Shown piece by piece: positions 17,515 to 28,976 of a DNA stretch of 35,336 bases; positions within the stretch are counted from its first letter, which is position 1; each line of letters opens with the position of its first letter. A program made the translations under genes and the position numbers. The notes under the pieces are model-generated. The model was not told the DNA's origin. It worked only from the letters and a program-made list of their open reading frames with translations, and did no database searches. This DNA is from Dehalococcoidia bacterium (GTDB lineage: Bacteria; Chloroflexota; Dehalococcoidia; DSTF01; RBG-16-68-14): assembly GCA_040882355.1 (NCBI GenBank), contig JBBEBM010000022.1:1-35336 (forward strand). The letters are read 5' to 3'.

Positions 17515-17991
17515 CTATTGCGCGGTGAGGGTGCCGTTCATGTTCGGGTGCAGGTCGCACTGGAAATAGTATTCGCCCGGATCGAGCGCCGGGACCACGA
17601 CCGACTGCACGTCCGGGGCGGGCTCGGTCTCCGTCGCCGCGATCGCGAGGTCGGGATCGCCGGCGTCGTCCTCAGTCGCATACAGCGCCCAGTTGTGAGG
17701 GATGCCTGTGTCCTGGTTGTCGAAGGTGACGGTGAACGGCTCGCCCGCCGGCGCCGCCAGCTCGTCCGTGTCGAAGCTCGTCAGGCTGTCCGCCGAGATC
17801 TGGAGCTGTTCGCCAACAGGGGTGACTGCGGTCGGCGGAGTGTCCGTTTCGTCAGCAGGCTCCGTGGCGGATGGGTCCGTGGGAGTCGTATCGGCAGCGT
17901 CCTTGTCGTCGTCGCAGGCCGCAGTGGCGATCACGCCCAGTGACAGCGCTGCCACGCCGATGACCGCCGCGATCCATTCACGCCGTCTCAT
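17515..17991 (-). CDS. Cupredoxin (plastocyanin-like) lipoprotein
   Basis: Lipobox TAAC; FDNQD.GIPHN; GEYYFQCDLHPNMNGTL. Confidence 0.87.
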   Translation of the reverse strand: MRRREWIAAVIGVAALSLGVIATAACDDDKDAADTTPTDPSATEPADETDTPPTAVTPVGEQLQISADSLTSFDTDELAAPAGEPFTVTFDNQDTGIPHNWALYATEDDAGDPDLAIAATETEPAPDVQSVVVPALDPGEYYFQCDLHPNMNGTLTAQ

Positions 17992-18082
17992 CGTCAATCC
18001 GCACCGTCCCCCTCGTTCGCGACATCCGTTTCTCGCTCAATGTCGCTCTCGCGCCGCCTAGGCGCAAGCGGCGGGGCGCCGG

Positions 18083-19819
18083 TCAGTAACCGCGGTAGTG
18101 GTTGGCGATGGGCAGGCGCCGGTCGCGGCCGAAGGCGCGCGGCGTGATCTTGACGCAGGGCGGCGCCTGCCGCCGCTTGTATTCGTTGCGGTCTACCATC
18201 GACATCACTCGTCGCACCAGCGCTTCGTCGTGGCCCATCGCCACGATCTCCTCCAGGCTGCGGTCGTCCTCCACGTACGCCTCCAGGATCGGGTCGAGCT
18301 GCTCGTACGGCGGCAACGTGTCCGCGTCGAGCTGGTGGGGCTTCAGCTCTGCGGAAGGCGGCTTCTCGATGACCGTGCGCGGGACCAGGTCGCTACCTTC
18401 GACGCGGTTGCGGTGCTCGGCGAGGCGATAGACGAGCGTCTTCGGCACGTCCTTGAGCACCGCGAACCCGCCCGCCATATCGCCGTAGAGGGTGCAGTAA
18501 CCTGTGGCGTACTCGCTCTTGTTGCCGGTGGTGAGCACCAGCCAGCCGAACTTGTTCGAGAGCGCCATCAAGATGTTGCCCCGGACGCGCGCCTGCAGGT
18601 TCTCTTCGGCCGTGCCCGGCTCGCTGCCCGCGAAGGGGCGCTCCAGCATCTCCAGGTACGCGGCGTGCGCCGGCTCGATCGGGATGATCTGCAGGTCGAT
18701 GCCCAGGTTCTGCGCCAGCGCCTGCGCGTCAGCAATCGACCCCTCCGACGAGTAGCGAGACGGCATCGCCACGCCCTTCACGTGCGCCGCGCCCAGCGCA
18801 TCGACGGCGATCGCCGCCACCATGCTCGAATCGATGCCGCCCGAGAGGCCCACGAGCACCGTGTCGTAGCCGATCTTGCGCACGTAGTCGCGCGTGCCGG
18901 TCACCAGCGCGCCGTAGACCTCGGCGTCCGGCGCGAGCGGTTCGACGATTCGCGGCTCGATCGCCGGCTTCTCGGCAGAAGGCGGCTCGCTGGAGACGAC
19001 GATACGCGGACAGGCCTCGCCATCGCCTGACTCCAGCTTCTCCTTGCGCCGGCGCGGGTCGTGCAGGCGCGTCTGGTGCACGCTGTCGATATCCACGTCG
19101 CAGACGAGCAGCTCCTCATCGAACTGGGCGGCGCGCGCGATCAGCCCGCCGCGCTCGTCGAAGACGACGCTGCCGCCGTCGAAGACCAGCTCGTCCTGCC
19201 CGCCGACGAGGTTCACGTAGCAGACGACCGCCGCGTTGTCGCTGGCCCGGACGCCGAGCATCTCCTCACGCGTGTGCCGCTTGCCCGCGTGGTAGGGCGA
19301 GCCGTTGATGTTGACGATGACTTCCGCCCCGGCGCGCGCCTGCGCCCGCGCCGGCCCGTCCGGGTACCAGATGTCCTCGCAGACGTTCACGCCGATGCGC
19401 ACACCAGCGACCTCGAACACAGGCGCCGTCGTGCCCGCCTGGAAGTAGCGCTTCTCATCGAAGACGCCGTAGTTCGGAAGCAACTGCTTGTGGTAGACGC
19501 CGGCGAGCCGCGCGTTGAGGATCACCGCCGCCGCGTTGTAGATGTCGTCGTCCTCGTCGACGAACCCCACGACCAGCGTGACACCCTGGGGCGCGCCTTC
19601 AACGATGCGCTGGAGCGCCTGGAGGTTATCGGTGATGAAGGTGCTCCGCAGCAGCAGGTCCTCCGGCGGATAGCCGGTCACCGCCAGTTCCGGAAACGCC
19701 ACGATGTCCGCCCCCGCGTCCCGCGCCCGCCCCGCGTACTCGAGCACCTTGGCCACGTTGCCGTCGAGGTCGCCGACGGTCGTGTTGATCTGCGCAAGGG
19801 CCACGCGAAGGGAGCGCAT
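18083..19819 (-). CDS. nadE: Glutamine-dependent NAD+ synthetase
   Basis: Nitrilase domain ([22 protein letters not shown]) plus [27 protein letters not shown]. Confidence 0.97.
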   Translation of the reverse strand: MRSLRVALAQINTTVGDLDGNVAKVLEYAGRARDAGADIVAFPELAVTGYPPEDLLLRSTFITDNLQALQRIVEGAPQGVTLVVGFVDEDDDIYNAAAVILNARLAGVYHKQLLPNYGVFDEKRYFQAGTTAPVFEVAGVRIGVNVCEDIWYPDGPARAQARAGAEVIVNINGSPYHAGKRHTREEMLGVRASDNAAVVCYVNLVGGQDELVFDGGSVVFDERGGLIARAAQFDEELLVCDVDIDSVHQTRLHDPRRRKEKLESGDGEACPRIVVSSEPPSAEKPAIEPRIVEPLAPDAEVYGALVTGTRDYVRKIGYDTVLVGLSGGIDSSMVAAIAVDALGAAHVKGVAMPSRYSSEGSIADAQALAQNLGIDLQIIPIEPAHAAYLEMLERPFAGSEPGTAEENLQARVRGNILMALSNKFGWLVLTTGNKSEYATGYCTLYGDMAGGFAVLKDVPKTLVYRLAEHRNRVEGSDLVPRTVIEKPPSAELKPHQLDADTLPPYEQLDPILEAYVEDDRSLEEIVAMGHDEALVRRVMSMVDRNEYKRRQAPPCVKITPRAFGRDRRLPIANHYRGY

Positions 19820-19822
19820 GAG

Positions 19823-19843
19823 TTAGTGTACCTGGTACAGTAA
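19823..19843. promoter_or_regulatory. Putative NrtR-type operator upstream of nadE
   Basis: 21-bp near-palindrome TTAGTGTACCTGGTACAGTAA with a GT-N7-AC core, 3 nt from the nadE start codon. Confidence 0.6.
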
Positions 19844-19856
19844 TCCTCTCGCCTAC

Positions 19857-19885
19857 ATTATCGGCGCGCGCGAGGAAGGGGTCAA
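19857..19885 (-). promoter_or_regulatory. Putative sigma70 promoter of nadE
   Basis: TTGACC-17 nt-GATAAT on the minus strand. Confidence 0.55.
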
Positions 19886-19927
19886 GATAGAAGTGAGAGG
19901 CGGGACGCGGGAACCGCGAAGATCGAG

Positions 19928-22552
19928 CTACTCGCTGCCCTCGTCGATCACCAGGTTGTCGAAGTTCGTGTCCCAGCCGTTCGTGCTAAAGACCGTCACC
20001 TTGCCGCAGGGCAACGTCCAGCCGGTCACGATCGTCACCAGCGTCTTCGACGCGATCTGCACCACGACGTCCGGCTGGCCCGCGCACCTCAGCGTCACCT
20101 TCGTTGGCTTCCCGCCGTTGTACGCCTCGACGCTCACGAACCGGCGCGGCTCGATGAAGGCGAAGCTGGCCTGCTTCAGCCCCGGCCCGTTGAACCCGAT
20201 GCTTTTCGTCTCGAACACCCCCCACGGCCCCGAGAGCCACCACTGCTTCTTCCCCCAGTCGATCACGCCCTTCGGGTACTGACCGTTCAGCGTCCGGAAC
20301 TGTCCCTTCGCATCGTCGAAGGTGACCGTCTGCGCTGACGGCGACACTGTCGTCGTCGGCGTGACGGGCAGCGGCGCGTCCTTCGCCAGCGTCAGGTTGT
20401 CGAAGTTCGTGTCCCAGCCGTTCGTGCTGAAGACCGTCACCTTGGCGCAGGGCGCCGTCCAGCCGGTCACGATCGTCACCAGCGTCTTCGCCGCGATCGG
20501 CGCCACCACGTCCGGCTGGCCCGCGCAGCGCAGCGTCACTTTCGTCGGCTTGCCACCGTTGTACGCCTCCACGCTCACCAGCCGCCGCGGCTCGATGAAC
20601 TTGAAGCTCGCCTGCTTCAGCCCGGGCCCATTGAACCCGATGCTCTTCGTCTCGAACACCCCCCACGGGCCGGAGAGCCACCACTGCTTCTTGCCCCAAT
20701 CGATCACGCCCGCTGGGTACTGGCCGTTCAGCGTCCGGTACTGCCCCTTCGCGTCGTCGAAGGTGATCACGTTCACGGCGCCACCGGACGGCGTCACGGT
20801 CGGTGTGCGCGTCGACGTCGCCTGCGCCGTCGGCGAGCTCGTCGCGCTGACTGTTGGCGTCGCCGTCCGCGTCACCGTTGGCGTGGTGGTGGACGTCGCC
20901 TGCGCCGTCGGCTCCTCGGAGCTTGTCGGCGTCGGTGTGTCCGTAGCGACGGCTGTTGGCGTGCTCGTCGGCGTGTCGGTCGCGCTCGGTGTCGCGGTGT
21001 TTGTGGCCGTCCGAGTGGCCGTCGGCGTCGCCGTCGGCGTGCTAGTCCCCGTGGGCGTGGCGATGTCTGTCGCGATTGGAGTCGGGGTGCGGGTCTCGGT
21101 GGGCGTTGGCGTATCGCTGATCGTCTCCGTCGACGTGGCGGTATGAGTAGGCGACGGGGTGACCGTATGCGTCGGCGTGGGCGTGTCGGTCGGCGTGTCG
21201 GTCGCCGAGGGCGTCGGCGTGACCGTCGGCGTGGGCGTGTCGCTAGGCGTGGCCGTGAGCGTCGGCGTAGCGCTCGCAGTGCCGGTCGGCGTCGGCGTGG
21301 TCGTCGGCGTCAGTGTCTCGGTCGGCGTCGCCGTTACGGATGGCGTCGGCGTCGGCACAGTGAGACTGCCCGACTCCAGGAAGACGTTCGAGTCGAAGGC
21401 GAAGTCGGATGCGTCCGCGATGGCGAGCTTCAGGTTGTTCGTCGCGTTCGCGGTCACGCTGGCCGAGCACGTGAGGACCACCGTCAGGCCGTCCATCTCT
21501 GTATTGATCAGGCCGCCGCCGTCGTCGAGGTCGTTATTGATGAAGAGACTCGGGTTCTCCTGCGGGTCGCCGCCGAAGGGATCGCCGTTGTTGATCGTGT
21601 TGATGGAGACCGGCTCGCCGCCGACTGTGGCGCAATTCACACCGTTGACGTAGAACGCGAAGACGTCGTTGAACTGGCTGTGCACAAACTCGTTGTACTC
21701 GTCCGACGCGAAGACATAACGGAAGGAGACGCTGTTCCCCGCCGGCACGAAGTCGAACTGCAGCACCGCGGCATCGTGGGTCGCGAAGCCTGACAGCGCG
21801 TTGAGGTCGCTATCGCCCGCAGCCTGGCTGTCCGTCGCCTGCCCGTCCGCCTCGTTCGGCCCGACGACGCTCGCGATGTCGCCCGAGCTCAGCACGATGC
21901 CCGATTCGAAGCCGACGATGCCCGATCCGCCGCTGAACCGCCCTGCAGCCAGATCGACGCCGGCATAGGCCACGTTCGAGACGCTGATACCCGCCCCCGC
22001 AAGGTCCGCTGCCAGATCGTCCGCCGTGAGCGGGCCGGACAGGTCTTCCGTGGCGAGGGCTGGGGTCGCCGGCAGCACGTCGAGATTAACGTGGAGGCTG
22101 CCCGCTGCGATCCCGACACCCCCCGCCTGGAAGCGATAGGTTACGCCGGCGTCCGCGCTGAACACCGCCCGGGACTGGTCGCCGCCCGCCGCGTCGTCGT
22201 TGCACCTGATGTCAGCCAGGGATTCGATCGCGTCGCCGGCGTAGACCGCCAGGATCGTATCGAAATCGCTGCCGAGCGTATCGACAACCAGGGTGGCGTC
22301 CGTGGACGGTGTGAACGAATACCACGCCGTCGCCCCGGCCATGCCGCAGAATGAGATCGGCTCGCCCAGCTCTACTGTCGCGTCAGTGGTGTCGATCGTT
22401 TCGCTGAACGGCAGCGGCTCAACTATCGCCGTGGCGCTCGCGAAGTTGTCGTTGGCAGGGGCCACGGCCGAGGCCGGACCGCCGGGCGAGAGCGTCGCCG
22501 CCGCCAGCCCCACGAGAAGCAGCGTCGGCAAGAGAACAACCCGCTTGCTCAT
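19928..22552 (-). CDS. Secreted modular surface protein: 1 PPC-like domain, choice-of-anchor L-like domain, Pro/Thr linker, 2 C-terminal ~130-aa repeats
   Basis: Signal peptide; [35 protein letters not shown]...[20 protein letters not shown] and LAIAD..D..FDS.VF; GGAGG RBS. Confidence 0.88.
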   Translation of the reverse strand: MSKRVVLLPTLLLVGLAAATLSPGGPASAVAPANDNFASATAIVEPLPFSETIDTTDATVELGEPISFCGMAGATAWYSFTPSTDATLVVDTLGSDFDTILAVYAGDAIESLADIRCNDDAAGGDQSRAVFSADAGVTYRFQAGGVGIAAGSLHVNLDVLPATPALATEDLSGPLTADDLAADLAGAGISVSNVAYAGVDLAAGRFSGGSGIVGFESGIVLSSGDIASVVGPNEADGQATDSQAAGDSDLNALSGFATHDAAVLQFDFVPAGNSVSFRYVFASDEYNEFVHSQFNDVFAFYVNGVNCATVGGEPVSINTINNGDPFGGDPQENPSLFINNDLDDGGGLINTEMDGLTVVLTCSASVTANATNNLKLAIADASDFAFDSNVFLESGSLTVPTPTPSVTATPTETLTPTTTPTPTGTASATPTLTATPSDTPTPTVTPTPSATDTPTDTPTPTHTVTPSPTHTATSTETISDTPTPTETRTPTPIATDIATPTGTSTPTATPTATRTATNTATPSATDTPTSTPTAVATDTPTPTSSEEPTAQATSTTTPTVTRTATPTVSATSSPTAQATSTRTPTVTPSGGAVNVITFDDAKGQYRTLNGQYPAGVIDWGKKQWWLSGPWGVFETKSIGFNGPGLKQASFKFIEPRRLVSVEAYNGGKPTKVTLRCAGQPDVVAPIAAKTLVTIVTGWTAPCAKVTVFSTNGWDTNFDNLTLAKDAPLPVTPTTTVSPSAQTVTFDDAKGQFRTLNGQYPKGVIDWGKKQWWLSGPWGVFETKSIGFNGPGLKQASFAFIEPRRFVSVEAYNGGKPTKVTLRCAGQPDVVVQIASKTLVTIVTGWTLPCGKVTVFSTNGWDTNFDNLVIDEGSE
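20785..21360 (-). repeat. Low-complexity Pro/Thr linker-encoding repeats
   Basis: Degenerate TPT(P/A)T repeats; boundaries approximate. Confidence 0.8.
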
Positions 22553-22717
22553 CAGCCCTCCCTCGGCTGATTACGACACGGCTCGGCTACGCGGATTCGC
22601 GCCGCAGCGTTCTAGAACTGTCGCATCCATGCGGGAGTACTGCTTAGAGGCAGGCTGAGTCTAACGACAACCGGTGGCGCGGTCAACCGGGCCCCGCGCC
22701 CCCGCTTCGCGGAAGGC

Positions 22718-22749
22718 AAGGGCGCGGAGCAGGCCTGCTCCGCGCCCTT
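22718..22749. terminator. Perfect 32-bp palindrome downstream of the large surface-protein gene
   Basis: AAGGGCGCGGAGCAGG|CCTGCTCCGCGCCCTT; no clear U tract. Confidence 0.55.
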
Positions 22750-22773
22750 CAATCGCGATGGCGCCGCGCCGGC

Positions 22774-25700
22774 TTAGCCGCCGTCGATAGCCAGGTTGTC
22801 GAAGTTCGTGTCCCAGCCGTTCGAGCTGAAGATCGTCACCTGGCTGCAGACGCCCGTCCAACCCGTGTTGATCGTCATCAGCACATTCGGCGCGAGGGGC
22901 ACCACGACATCGGGCTGGCCGGCGCAGCGAATGGTCACGGTCGTCGCCGCGCCGCCGTTGTACGCCTCGACGCTCACCAGCCGCGCCGGTGACACGAACG
23001 TCAATGCCGCTTGCGTGAGGCCAGGGCCGTTGAAGCCGACGCTCTTCGTCGCGAACGCCCCGTACGGGCCCGACAGCCACCACCGTGCGGTCCCCCAGTC
23101 GATCACGCCGGCTGGATACTGACCGTTCAGCACGTGGTTCTGGCCGCCCGCATCGTTGAAGGTGATGGTCTGGTCCGGCGGAGGCGGCGGCAGCGCCCCG
23201 TCGAACGCAATCATCAGGTCATCGAAGTTCGTGTCCCAGCCGTTCGTGCTCAGGATCGTCACCTGGCTGCAGAGGCCCGTCCAGCCGGTGTTGATCGTCG
23301 CCTGCGTGTCGGCCGGGACCGGCACCACGACGTCCGGCTGTCCGGCACAGCGCAGCGTCACGACCGTCGCCGCGCCTCCGTTGAAAGCCTCTAAGCTCAC
23401 GAGCCGGGTCGGCGCCACGAACGAGAACGTCGCCTGCGTGAGGCCGGGCCCGTTGAAGCCGATGCTCTTCGTCGTAAACGCCCCGTACGGGCCGGACAGC
23501 CACCACTGGCCCGTCCCCCAATCGACCACGCCGGCCGGGTACTGGCCGCTCAGCACACGGTTCTGGCCGGACGCATCGTTGAACGTGATGGTCTGAGCGG
23601 GCGGCAGTGGCGGAGGCGACCCGTCGGTGGCAACCGCCAGGTCGTCGAAGTTCGTGTCCCAGCCGTTCGTGCTCAGAATCGTCACATCGTTGCAGAGAGC
23701 GGTCCAGCCGGTGGTGATCGTCGTCTGCGTATTCGCCGGGATCGGCACCACGACGTCCGGCTGGCCAACACAGCGCAGCGTCACTGTTGTCGCCACACCA
23801 CCGTTGTACGCCTCGACGCGCACCACTCGATGCGGCGAAACGAATGAGAACGTCGCCTGCGTGAGGCCCGGGCCGTTGAACCCGATGCTCTTCGTCGTGA
23901 ACGCGCCGTACGGCCCGGAGAGCCACCACTGCCCGGTCCCCCAGTCGATCACACCGGCCGGGAACTGACCATTCAAGACGTGGTTCGAGCCAGGCGCATC
24001 GTTGAACGTGATCACGTCCACGGCGCCCGAGGTCGCCGTGGCGGTAGCGGTCGCAGTGTCGCCCGCGGTCGCTGTGGCCGTTGCCGTGCGGGTCGCCGTC
24101 GGTTCCGGCGTATCCGTCGGCGTTGGCGTATCCGTCGGCGTCGCGGTCCGCGTCGCGGTCGGTTCGACGATGTCCGTGGGTGTCGGTGTGTCCGTCGGCG
24201 TCGGCGTCCGTGTCGCGGTCGGTTCGACGGTGTCCGTCGGCGTCGGCGTATCCGTCGGCGTCGGCGTCCGGGTCGCCGTCGGCTCGACGGTGTCCGTTGG
24301 CGTCGGCGTATCCGTCGGCGTTGGCGTCCGTGTCGCCGNNNNNNNNNNNNNNNNNNNNNNNNNNNNNNNNNNNNNNNNNNNNNNNNNNNNNNNNNNNNNN
24401 NNNNNNNNNNNNNNNNNNNNNNNNNNNNNNNNNNNNNNGGCGTCGGCGTATCGGTCGGCGTTGGCGTCCGTGTCGCTGTCGGTTCGACGGTGTCCGTCGG
24501 CGTTGGCGTCCGTGTCGCTGTCGGTTCGACGGTGTCCGTTGGCGTCGGCGTATCCGTCGGCGTTGGCGTCCGTGTCGCCGTCGGTTCGACGGTGTCCGTC
24601 GGCGTCGGCGTATCGGTCGGCGTTGGCGTCCGTGTCGCTGTCGGTTCGACGGTGTCCGTCGGCGTTGGCGTCCGTGTCGCTGTCGGTTCGACGGTGTCCG
24701 TTGGCGTCGGCGTATCCGTCGGCGTCGGCGTCCGCGTCGACGTCGGCTNNNNNNNNNNNNNNNNNNNNNNNNNNNNNNNNNNNNNNNNNNNNNNNNNNNN
24801 NNNNNNNNNNNNNNNNNNNNNNNNNNNNNNNNNNNNNNNNNNNNNNNNCGACGGTGTCCGTGGGCGTCGGCGTCCGTGTCGCTGTCGGCTCGACGGTGTC
24901 CGTGGGCGTCGGCGTATCGGTCGGCGTTGGCGTCCGTGTCACTGTAGGCTCGACGGTGTCCGTGGGCGTCGGCGTCCGTGTCGCTGTCGGCTCGACGGTG
25001 TCCGTTGGCGTCGGCGTATCGGTCGGCGTTGGCGTCCGTGTCGCTGTCGGTTCGACGGTGTCCGTCGGCGTTGGCGTGCGGGTCGCCGTCGGTTCCGGCG
25101 TGTCGGTCGGCGTCGGCGTCCGTGTCGCTGTCGGTTCGACGGTGTCCGTCGGTGTCGGCGTGTCCGTCGGCGTTGGCGTCCGCGTCGCTGTCGGTTCGAC
25201 GGTGTCCGTCGGCGTCGGCGTGTCGGTCGGCGTGGCCGTGGGCGTCGCCGTATCGGTTGGCGTCGCGGTCGGCGTCGGCGTCCGGGTCGGGCCGACCGGC
25301 TCGCCGCCGACGCCGCTGAAGGCGAAGATAAAGGTGTTCGGCGTGCCCAGCGTCGGACCGTCCTCCGTGCTCGGCTGACCAAGCGAGTACACCTCGGCGC
25401 CGACATCTTCCAGCGCCGCGATCGCGTCGAGCTCCGTGCCCGCCGCCCCGTAGTAGATGAAGAACGTCACTTCCTCGCCAGGGTCTAGCATGCCGAAGCC
25501 GAAGTCGAAGAGCGATCCGTGGTCGTCAGGCCCGGAGTCGACGGCATTCCCGGTAAAGAGAATGGAGCTCTCGCCGGAAAGTGGATCTGCGGAGGCGAAG
25601 CCATCGTCGCTGGAGAAGAGCAGCGCCGTGGACGAGCCACCCTGGATGGTGACGAACTCATCGAAGGCGGTCGGCTCGACGTCCCAGTCCATCACGCGGC

Positions 25701-27789
25701 GGTAGCGCGCGTCGACGGGATCGCCGCTGATGTTTTCGATCGTGACCATCGCCTCGTAGAGGTTGGGCGTCAACGCCGACGGATGATAGTCGTGCGTCAC
25801 CCGCAGCGTCGTGCCGATGTTGACGACCGACACGGCGGTGGAGTCCGTCGCGGTGAAGTCGACGACGTTGATGTTCGCCGTCCCGGCTGACTCGTTCGCA
25901 TAGCCTGTCACGTTGCTGTCGGCGTCAGCGGCGCCCCAACCCTCGCAGGCACAGCCCGGTGCGGTGGAGTCGCTGCCGGTGGGCAGATAGCGCAGGCCAA
26001 CGGGCGCCGATCCTCCCGCGGAGAGGACGTCGCCGGGGACGTTGAGGTGGCCGAGACCGAAGACGCCAAGCCGAATGGTGCCGTTGTCGATGGTCGCCGC
26101 CTCTACGACCTCGAAGAAGACGTTGTCAACCTGGGCGACACCCGCCTCCTCGTCCTCACCTCCACCGCCACCTCCGGCCGCCCCGTCTACCTGGAACCAG
26201 TACGTTTCACCCGCTTGCGCGTTGAACTCGATCAGCGATTGGACCGTGGAGCCAGCATCGTCGTTGCACGCGACCTCGGTGAGGGCGTCCAGCGACGGGC
26301 CAGTGTACACCGCGAGCACCGTATCGACGAAGCTGTTGTACGTGTCCGCGATGAGGCTCATGTCCCGAGATGGAGTCAACTCATACCAGATCGTAGCCTC
26401 GACGTTCGCGCACGACGGCATGGGCTCGTCCACCTCGACCGTCGCGTCGTTCGTATCCGCAGAGTCTCCGAAGGGGAGCGGCTCGACGATCGGTTCTGCG
26501 TTCGCAAAGTCGTCGTTGTCCGGTGGCACGAACTCGCGGAGGTTGAACTGCAGCAGGCCTACCTCCCCGAACACGCCGCCTACCTGGAACCAGTAGGTCT
26601 CGTCCGCCGAGGCATCGAAGACGACGCGGGACTGGAACAGGCCGGGGACGTTGTCGTTGCAGCCAATCAGGCTGAGCGCATCAAGCGAGGACCCCGTGTA
26701 CACCGCGAGCACAGTGTCAAAGCCCGAGAAGAACGTGTCCGCCGTTAGGGTGATGTCAGCGCTCGGCGTGAACGAGAACCAGACAGTCGCGTCGATGTTA
26801 CCGCAGGGCGTCGGTTCATCGACCTCCAAGAACGCGTTCAGCGTATCGATGAAATCGCTCGAGAACGGAAGCGGCTCCTCAATCATCAGCGCGTCATCGA
26901 AGTTGTCGTTTTTCCGCGAGAGGTTGAACGTAAGGCTGCCGAACTGGCTGGTGCCTGTGCCGCCCACCTGGAACCAGTAGGTCTCGCCGTTGAGCGCTCC
27001 GAAATCGACTTGCGACTGCTCGCCGAACCCCAAGTCATCGTTGCAGGCGACCTCGACGAGGTTCGCGATGTCCGGGCCGGTATAGGCAGCCAGCACGGTG
27101 TTGAAGGTCGAACCGAACGTGTCGGCCCTCAATTGCACGTCCTCTGACGGCGTGAACTGGTACCAGACACTGGCTGCGATGCCGGCCGCGCACGGCGGCG
27201 TCGGCTCATCCACCTCCGTCGTCGCGTCCGTCGTATCGCCGAAGCCGGTGAAGGGCAGCGGTTCGCTGATCAGCTCCGCGGCTGCGAAATCGTCATTCGC
27301 AGGCGGCACGAACTCGTGCAGGTTGAACTGGAGAAAGCCGGCGAAGGCGAACGGCCCACCCACCTGGAACCAGTACGTCTCTCCGCCGCTTGCGCTGAAG
27401 ACGAGGCGCGATTGAACTCCTCCCCCTGCGTCGTTATTGCAGTCGACTCCGGCGAAGCTCGCGAAGTCGTCCCCGGTGTAGAGCGCGAGGACAGTGTCAT
27501 AGTCCGAGCCGAACGTGTCCGCGCTCAGCACGACGTCCGACGAGGGGGTGTATGAGTACCACACCGTCGCGCCGATACCCGTGCACACAGGCTCGTCGAC
27601 CTCCGTCGTCGCCTCGGTGGTATCAACGGTGTTGAAGTAGAAGCCAAGGGGCTCGCCAATCACCGTGGCGTCCGCGAAGTCGTCGTTGCCGGGCGGCGCG
27701 GCCGCGGCGTGCCGTTCGTTCGAGAGCGCCGCGGCGGCTACCAGCGCCAGCGCTGCGAGCGAGACGAGGAGAACGAGACGCTTGCTCAT
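22774..27789 (-). CDS. Large secreted modular surface protein: 4 PPC-like repeats, unnamed central domain, tandem Pro/Thr linker (two assembly gaps), 3 C-terminal ~130-aa repeats
   Basis: Signal peptide [11 protein letters not shown]; four ND(D/N)F..GETYWFQV repeats; PGCACEGWG / YRRVMDWD domain; true length uncertain because of the N gaps. Confidence 0.82.
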   Translation of the reverse strand: MSKRLVLLVSLAALALVAAAALSNERHAAAAPPGNDDFADATVIGEPLGFYFNTVDTTEATTEVDEPVCTGIGATVWYSYTPSSDVVLSADTFGSDYDTVLALYTGDDFASFAGVDCNNDAGGGVQSRLVFSASGGETYWFQVGGPFAFAGFLQFNLHEFVPPANDDFAAAELISEPLPFTGFGDTTDATTEVDEPTPPCAAGIAASVWYQFTPSEDVQLRADTFGSTFNTVLAAYTGPDIANLVEVACNDDLGFGEQSQVDFGALNGETYWFQVGGTGTSQFGSLTFNLSRKNDNFDDALMIEEPLPFSSDFIDTLNAFLEVDEPTPCGNIDATVWFSFTPSADITLTADTFFSGFDTVLAVYTGSSLDALSLIGCNDNVPGLFQSRVVFDASADETYWFQVGGVFGEVGLLQFNLREFVPPDNDDFANAEPIVEPLPFGDSADTNDATVEVDEPMPSCANVEATIWYELTPSRDMSLIADTYNSFVDTVLAVYTGPSLDALTEVACNDDAGSTVQSLIEFNAQAGETYWFQVDGAAGGGGGGEDEEAGVAQVDNVFFEVVEAATIDNGTIRLGVFGLGHLNVPGDVLSAGGSAPVGLRYLPTGSDSTAPGCACEGWGAADADSNVTGYANESAGTANINVVDFTATDSTAVSVVNIGTTLRVTHDYHPSALTPNLYEAMVTIENISGDPVDARYRRVMDWDVEPTAFDEFVTIQGGSSTALLFSSDDGFASADPLSGESSILFTGNAVDSGPDDHGSLFDFGFGMLDPGEEVTFFIYYGAAGTELDAIAALEDVGAEVYSLGQPSTEDGPTLGTPNTFIFAFSGVGGEPVGPTRTPTPTATPTDTATPTATPTDTPTPTDTVEPTATRTPTPTDTPTPTDTVEPTATRTPTPTDTPEPTATRTPTPTDTVEPTATRTPTPTDTPTPTDTVEPTATRTPTPTDTVEPTVTRTPTPTDTPTPTDTVEPTATRTPTPTDTVXXXXXXXXXXXXXXXXXXXXXXXXXXXXXXXXXXADVDADADADGYADANGHRRTDSDTDANADGHRRTDSDTDANADRYADADGHRRTDGDTDANADGYADANGHRRTDSDTDANADGHRRTDSDTDANADRYADAXXXXXXXXXXXXXXXXXXXXXXXXXXXXXXXXXXATRTPTPTDTPTPTDTVEPTATRTPTPTDTPTPTDTVEPTATRTPTPTDTPTPTDIVEPTATRTATPTDTPTPTDTPEPTATRTATATATAGDTATATATATSGAVDVITFNDAPGSNHVLNGQFPAGVIDWGTGQWWLSGPYGAFTTKSIGFNGPGLTQATFSFVSPHRVVRVEAYNGGVATTVTLRCVGQPDVVVPIPANTQTTITTGWTALCNDVTILSTNGWDTNFDDLAVATDGSPPPLPPAQTITFNDASGQNRVLSGQYPAGVVDWGTGQWWLSGPYGAFTTKSIGFNGPGLTQATFSFVAPTRLVSLEAFNGGAATVVTLRCAGQPDVVVPVPADTQATINTGWTGLCSQVTILSTNGWDTNFDDLMIAFDGALPPPPPDQTITFNDAGGQNHVLNGQYPAGVIDWGTARWWLSGPYGAFATKSVGFNGPGLTQAALTFVSPARLVSVEAYNGGAATTVTIRCAGQPDVVVPLAPNVLMTINTGWTGVCSQVTIFSSNGWDTNFDNLAIDGG
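24339..24438. other. Assembly gap (100 N)
   Basis: Run of N. Confidence 1.
24749..24848. other. Assembly gap (100 N)
   Basis: Run of N. Confidence 1.
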
Positions 27790-27899
27790 GACACTCCCCC
27801 TGGGATAGGCACAGCTATCCCAGGCACGAAGACACACGTCGTGTGGATGTACGGGCGGGCGGACCTAGAGAAGCCGTCCCTGACTCTCCGGCTAGTGAG

Positions 27900-27929
27900 G
27901 GTATACAGCGATGTCGACGACTATGTCAA
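27900..27929 (-). promoter_or_regulatory. Putative sigma70 promoter of the large surface-protein gene
   Basis: TTGACA-18 nt-TATACC on the minus strand. Confidence 0.45.
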
Positions 27930-27975
27930 CTGACCGGCGGTTGAGATATCTCAGCCGTCGGTCGCTGCGCGTACG

Positions 27976-28893
27976 TCAACCGCTCCTGAACTCAGGCATG
28001 ACCGTCTCCGCGAAGCGCGTCATCTGTTCGAGTTGCCCCGATAGCGACCGCGAGCGAAACCCCGCGGTCATGCCCGTCACGCCTGCCGCACGATAGGCCT
28101 CGATGTCCTCGATCACCTGCTCGCGCGAGCCGCTGAAGACGGCGCGCTCGCCGTCGATCGGTCTCGTCGTCAGCTCGAACGACGCAGGCACGACAACCTC
28201 GAACGGCGTCGAGCGCTGCTCGAAACCGGATCGTGAACGCGCGTACGCCATCCGGTCGCGCACCTTCGCCAGCGTCACCTCGAATGGCACCCAGCCGTCG
28301 CCCAGCTCCACGGCGCGCCGCACGGCCCGCCGCGAGTTCCCGCCAACCCAGACCGGCGGGTGCGGCGACTGCGCCGGCCGCGGCGAGAGCCGCACGTCGC
28401 GGAAACGGACGTGCGGGCCGTCGAAGCTCGCCTCCTCGTCCGACCAGAGCGCCTTGATCGCGCGAATGTACTCGTCGGTGACGGCGCCCCGCTCGTCGAA
28501 GTCCGCGCCGAGCGCCCGGAACTCCGGCTTCAGGTGGCCGGCGCCCACGCCCAGGATCACCCGTCCGCCGGAGAGGCGGTCGAGCGTGGCGTACTGCTTC
28601 GCGATGGCTAGCGGGCTGTGGTACGGCAGGATCAGGACGTGCGTAAGCAGCCGCAGCCGCTGCGTGAAGCCGGCGATGAACGCCAGCGTCGTCGCCGGGT
28701 CGTACCAGGTCGCGCCCATGGAGGGCGCCGCCCGGCTCGGCACGACGACGTGGTCGGAGCACGGCGCCCAGGCGTAGCCTAGCTCGTCGGCGCGCTTCGC
28801 CACCGCGACCAGCGTCTCGATGTCGTCGCCGGTCTCCCACTCGGGCTGGCCGGGCATCTGGTGGACGAGCGGCAGGCTGATCCCGAAGCGCAT
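27976..28893 (-). CDS. LLM class, probably F420-dependent oxidoreductase
   Basis: [44 protein letters not shown]. Confidence 0.9.
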   Translation of the reverse strand: MRFGISLPLVHQMPGQPEWETGDDIETLVAVAKRADELGYAWAPCSDHVVVPSRAAPSMGATWYDPATTLAFIAGFTQRLRLLTHVLILPYHSPLAIAKQYATLDRLSGGRVILGVGAGHLKPEFRALGADFDERGAVTDEYIRAIKALWSDEEASFDGPHVRFRDVRLSPRPAQSPHPPVWVGGNSRRAVRRAVELGDGWVPFEVTLAKVRDRMAYARSRSGFEQRSTPFEVVVPASFELTTRPIDGERAVFSGSREQVIEDIEAYRAAGVTGMTAGFRSRSLSGQLEQMTRFAETVMPEFRSG

Positions 28894-28937
28894 CGTCGCT
28901 AATCATACACTGCGTGGAACGTGCGGGCGTTCGCTTC

Positions 28938-28966
28938 TTGCCCGAATCCGCCCCGCTCGGTACGAT
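28938..28966 (+). promoter_or_regulatory. Putative sigma70 promoter of rplS
   Basis: TTGCCC-17 nt-TACGAT, 10 nt upstream of the ATG. Confidence 0.55.
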
Positions 28967-28976
28967 GGGGTTCGCC

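Larger units (their letters stand above)
24030..25290 (-). repeat. Tandem coding repeat with 42-nt and 60-nt units ([14 protein letters not shown] / [20 protein letters not shown])
   Basis: Near-identical units on both sides of and between the N gaps; boundaries approximate. Confidence 0.9.

Noticed and set aside
19825..19830. TACACT as a leaderless -10 element for nadE
   Set aside because: It lies inside the NrtR-like palindrome and a complete -35/-10 pair exists upstream; not excluded, but not called
19928..24016. Diversity-generating retroelement TR/VR pairs among the C-terminal repeats
   Set aside because: No reverse transcriptase; all copies are coding, and the differences look mostly synonymous rather than adenine-specific
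24439..24748. [17 protein letters not shown] repeat or an apparent programmed frameshift in the 1687-aa ORF
   Set aside because: Artefact of the 100-N placeholders; another frame of this segment encodes the same [14 protein letters not shown] repeat
24030..25290. CRISPR-like repeat array
   Set aside because: No unique spacers; the units are in-frame Pro/Thr coding repeats, and there are no cas genes
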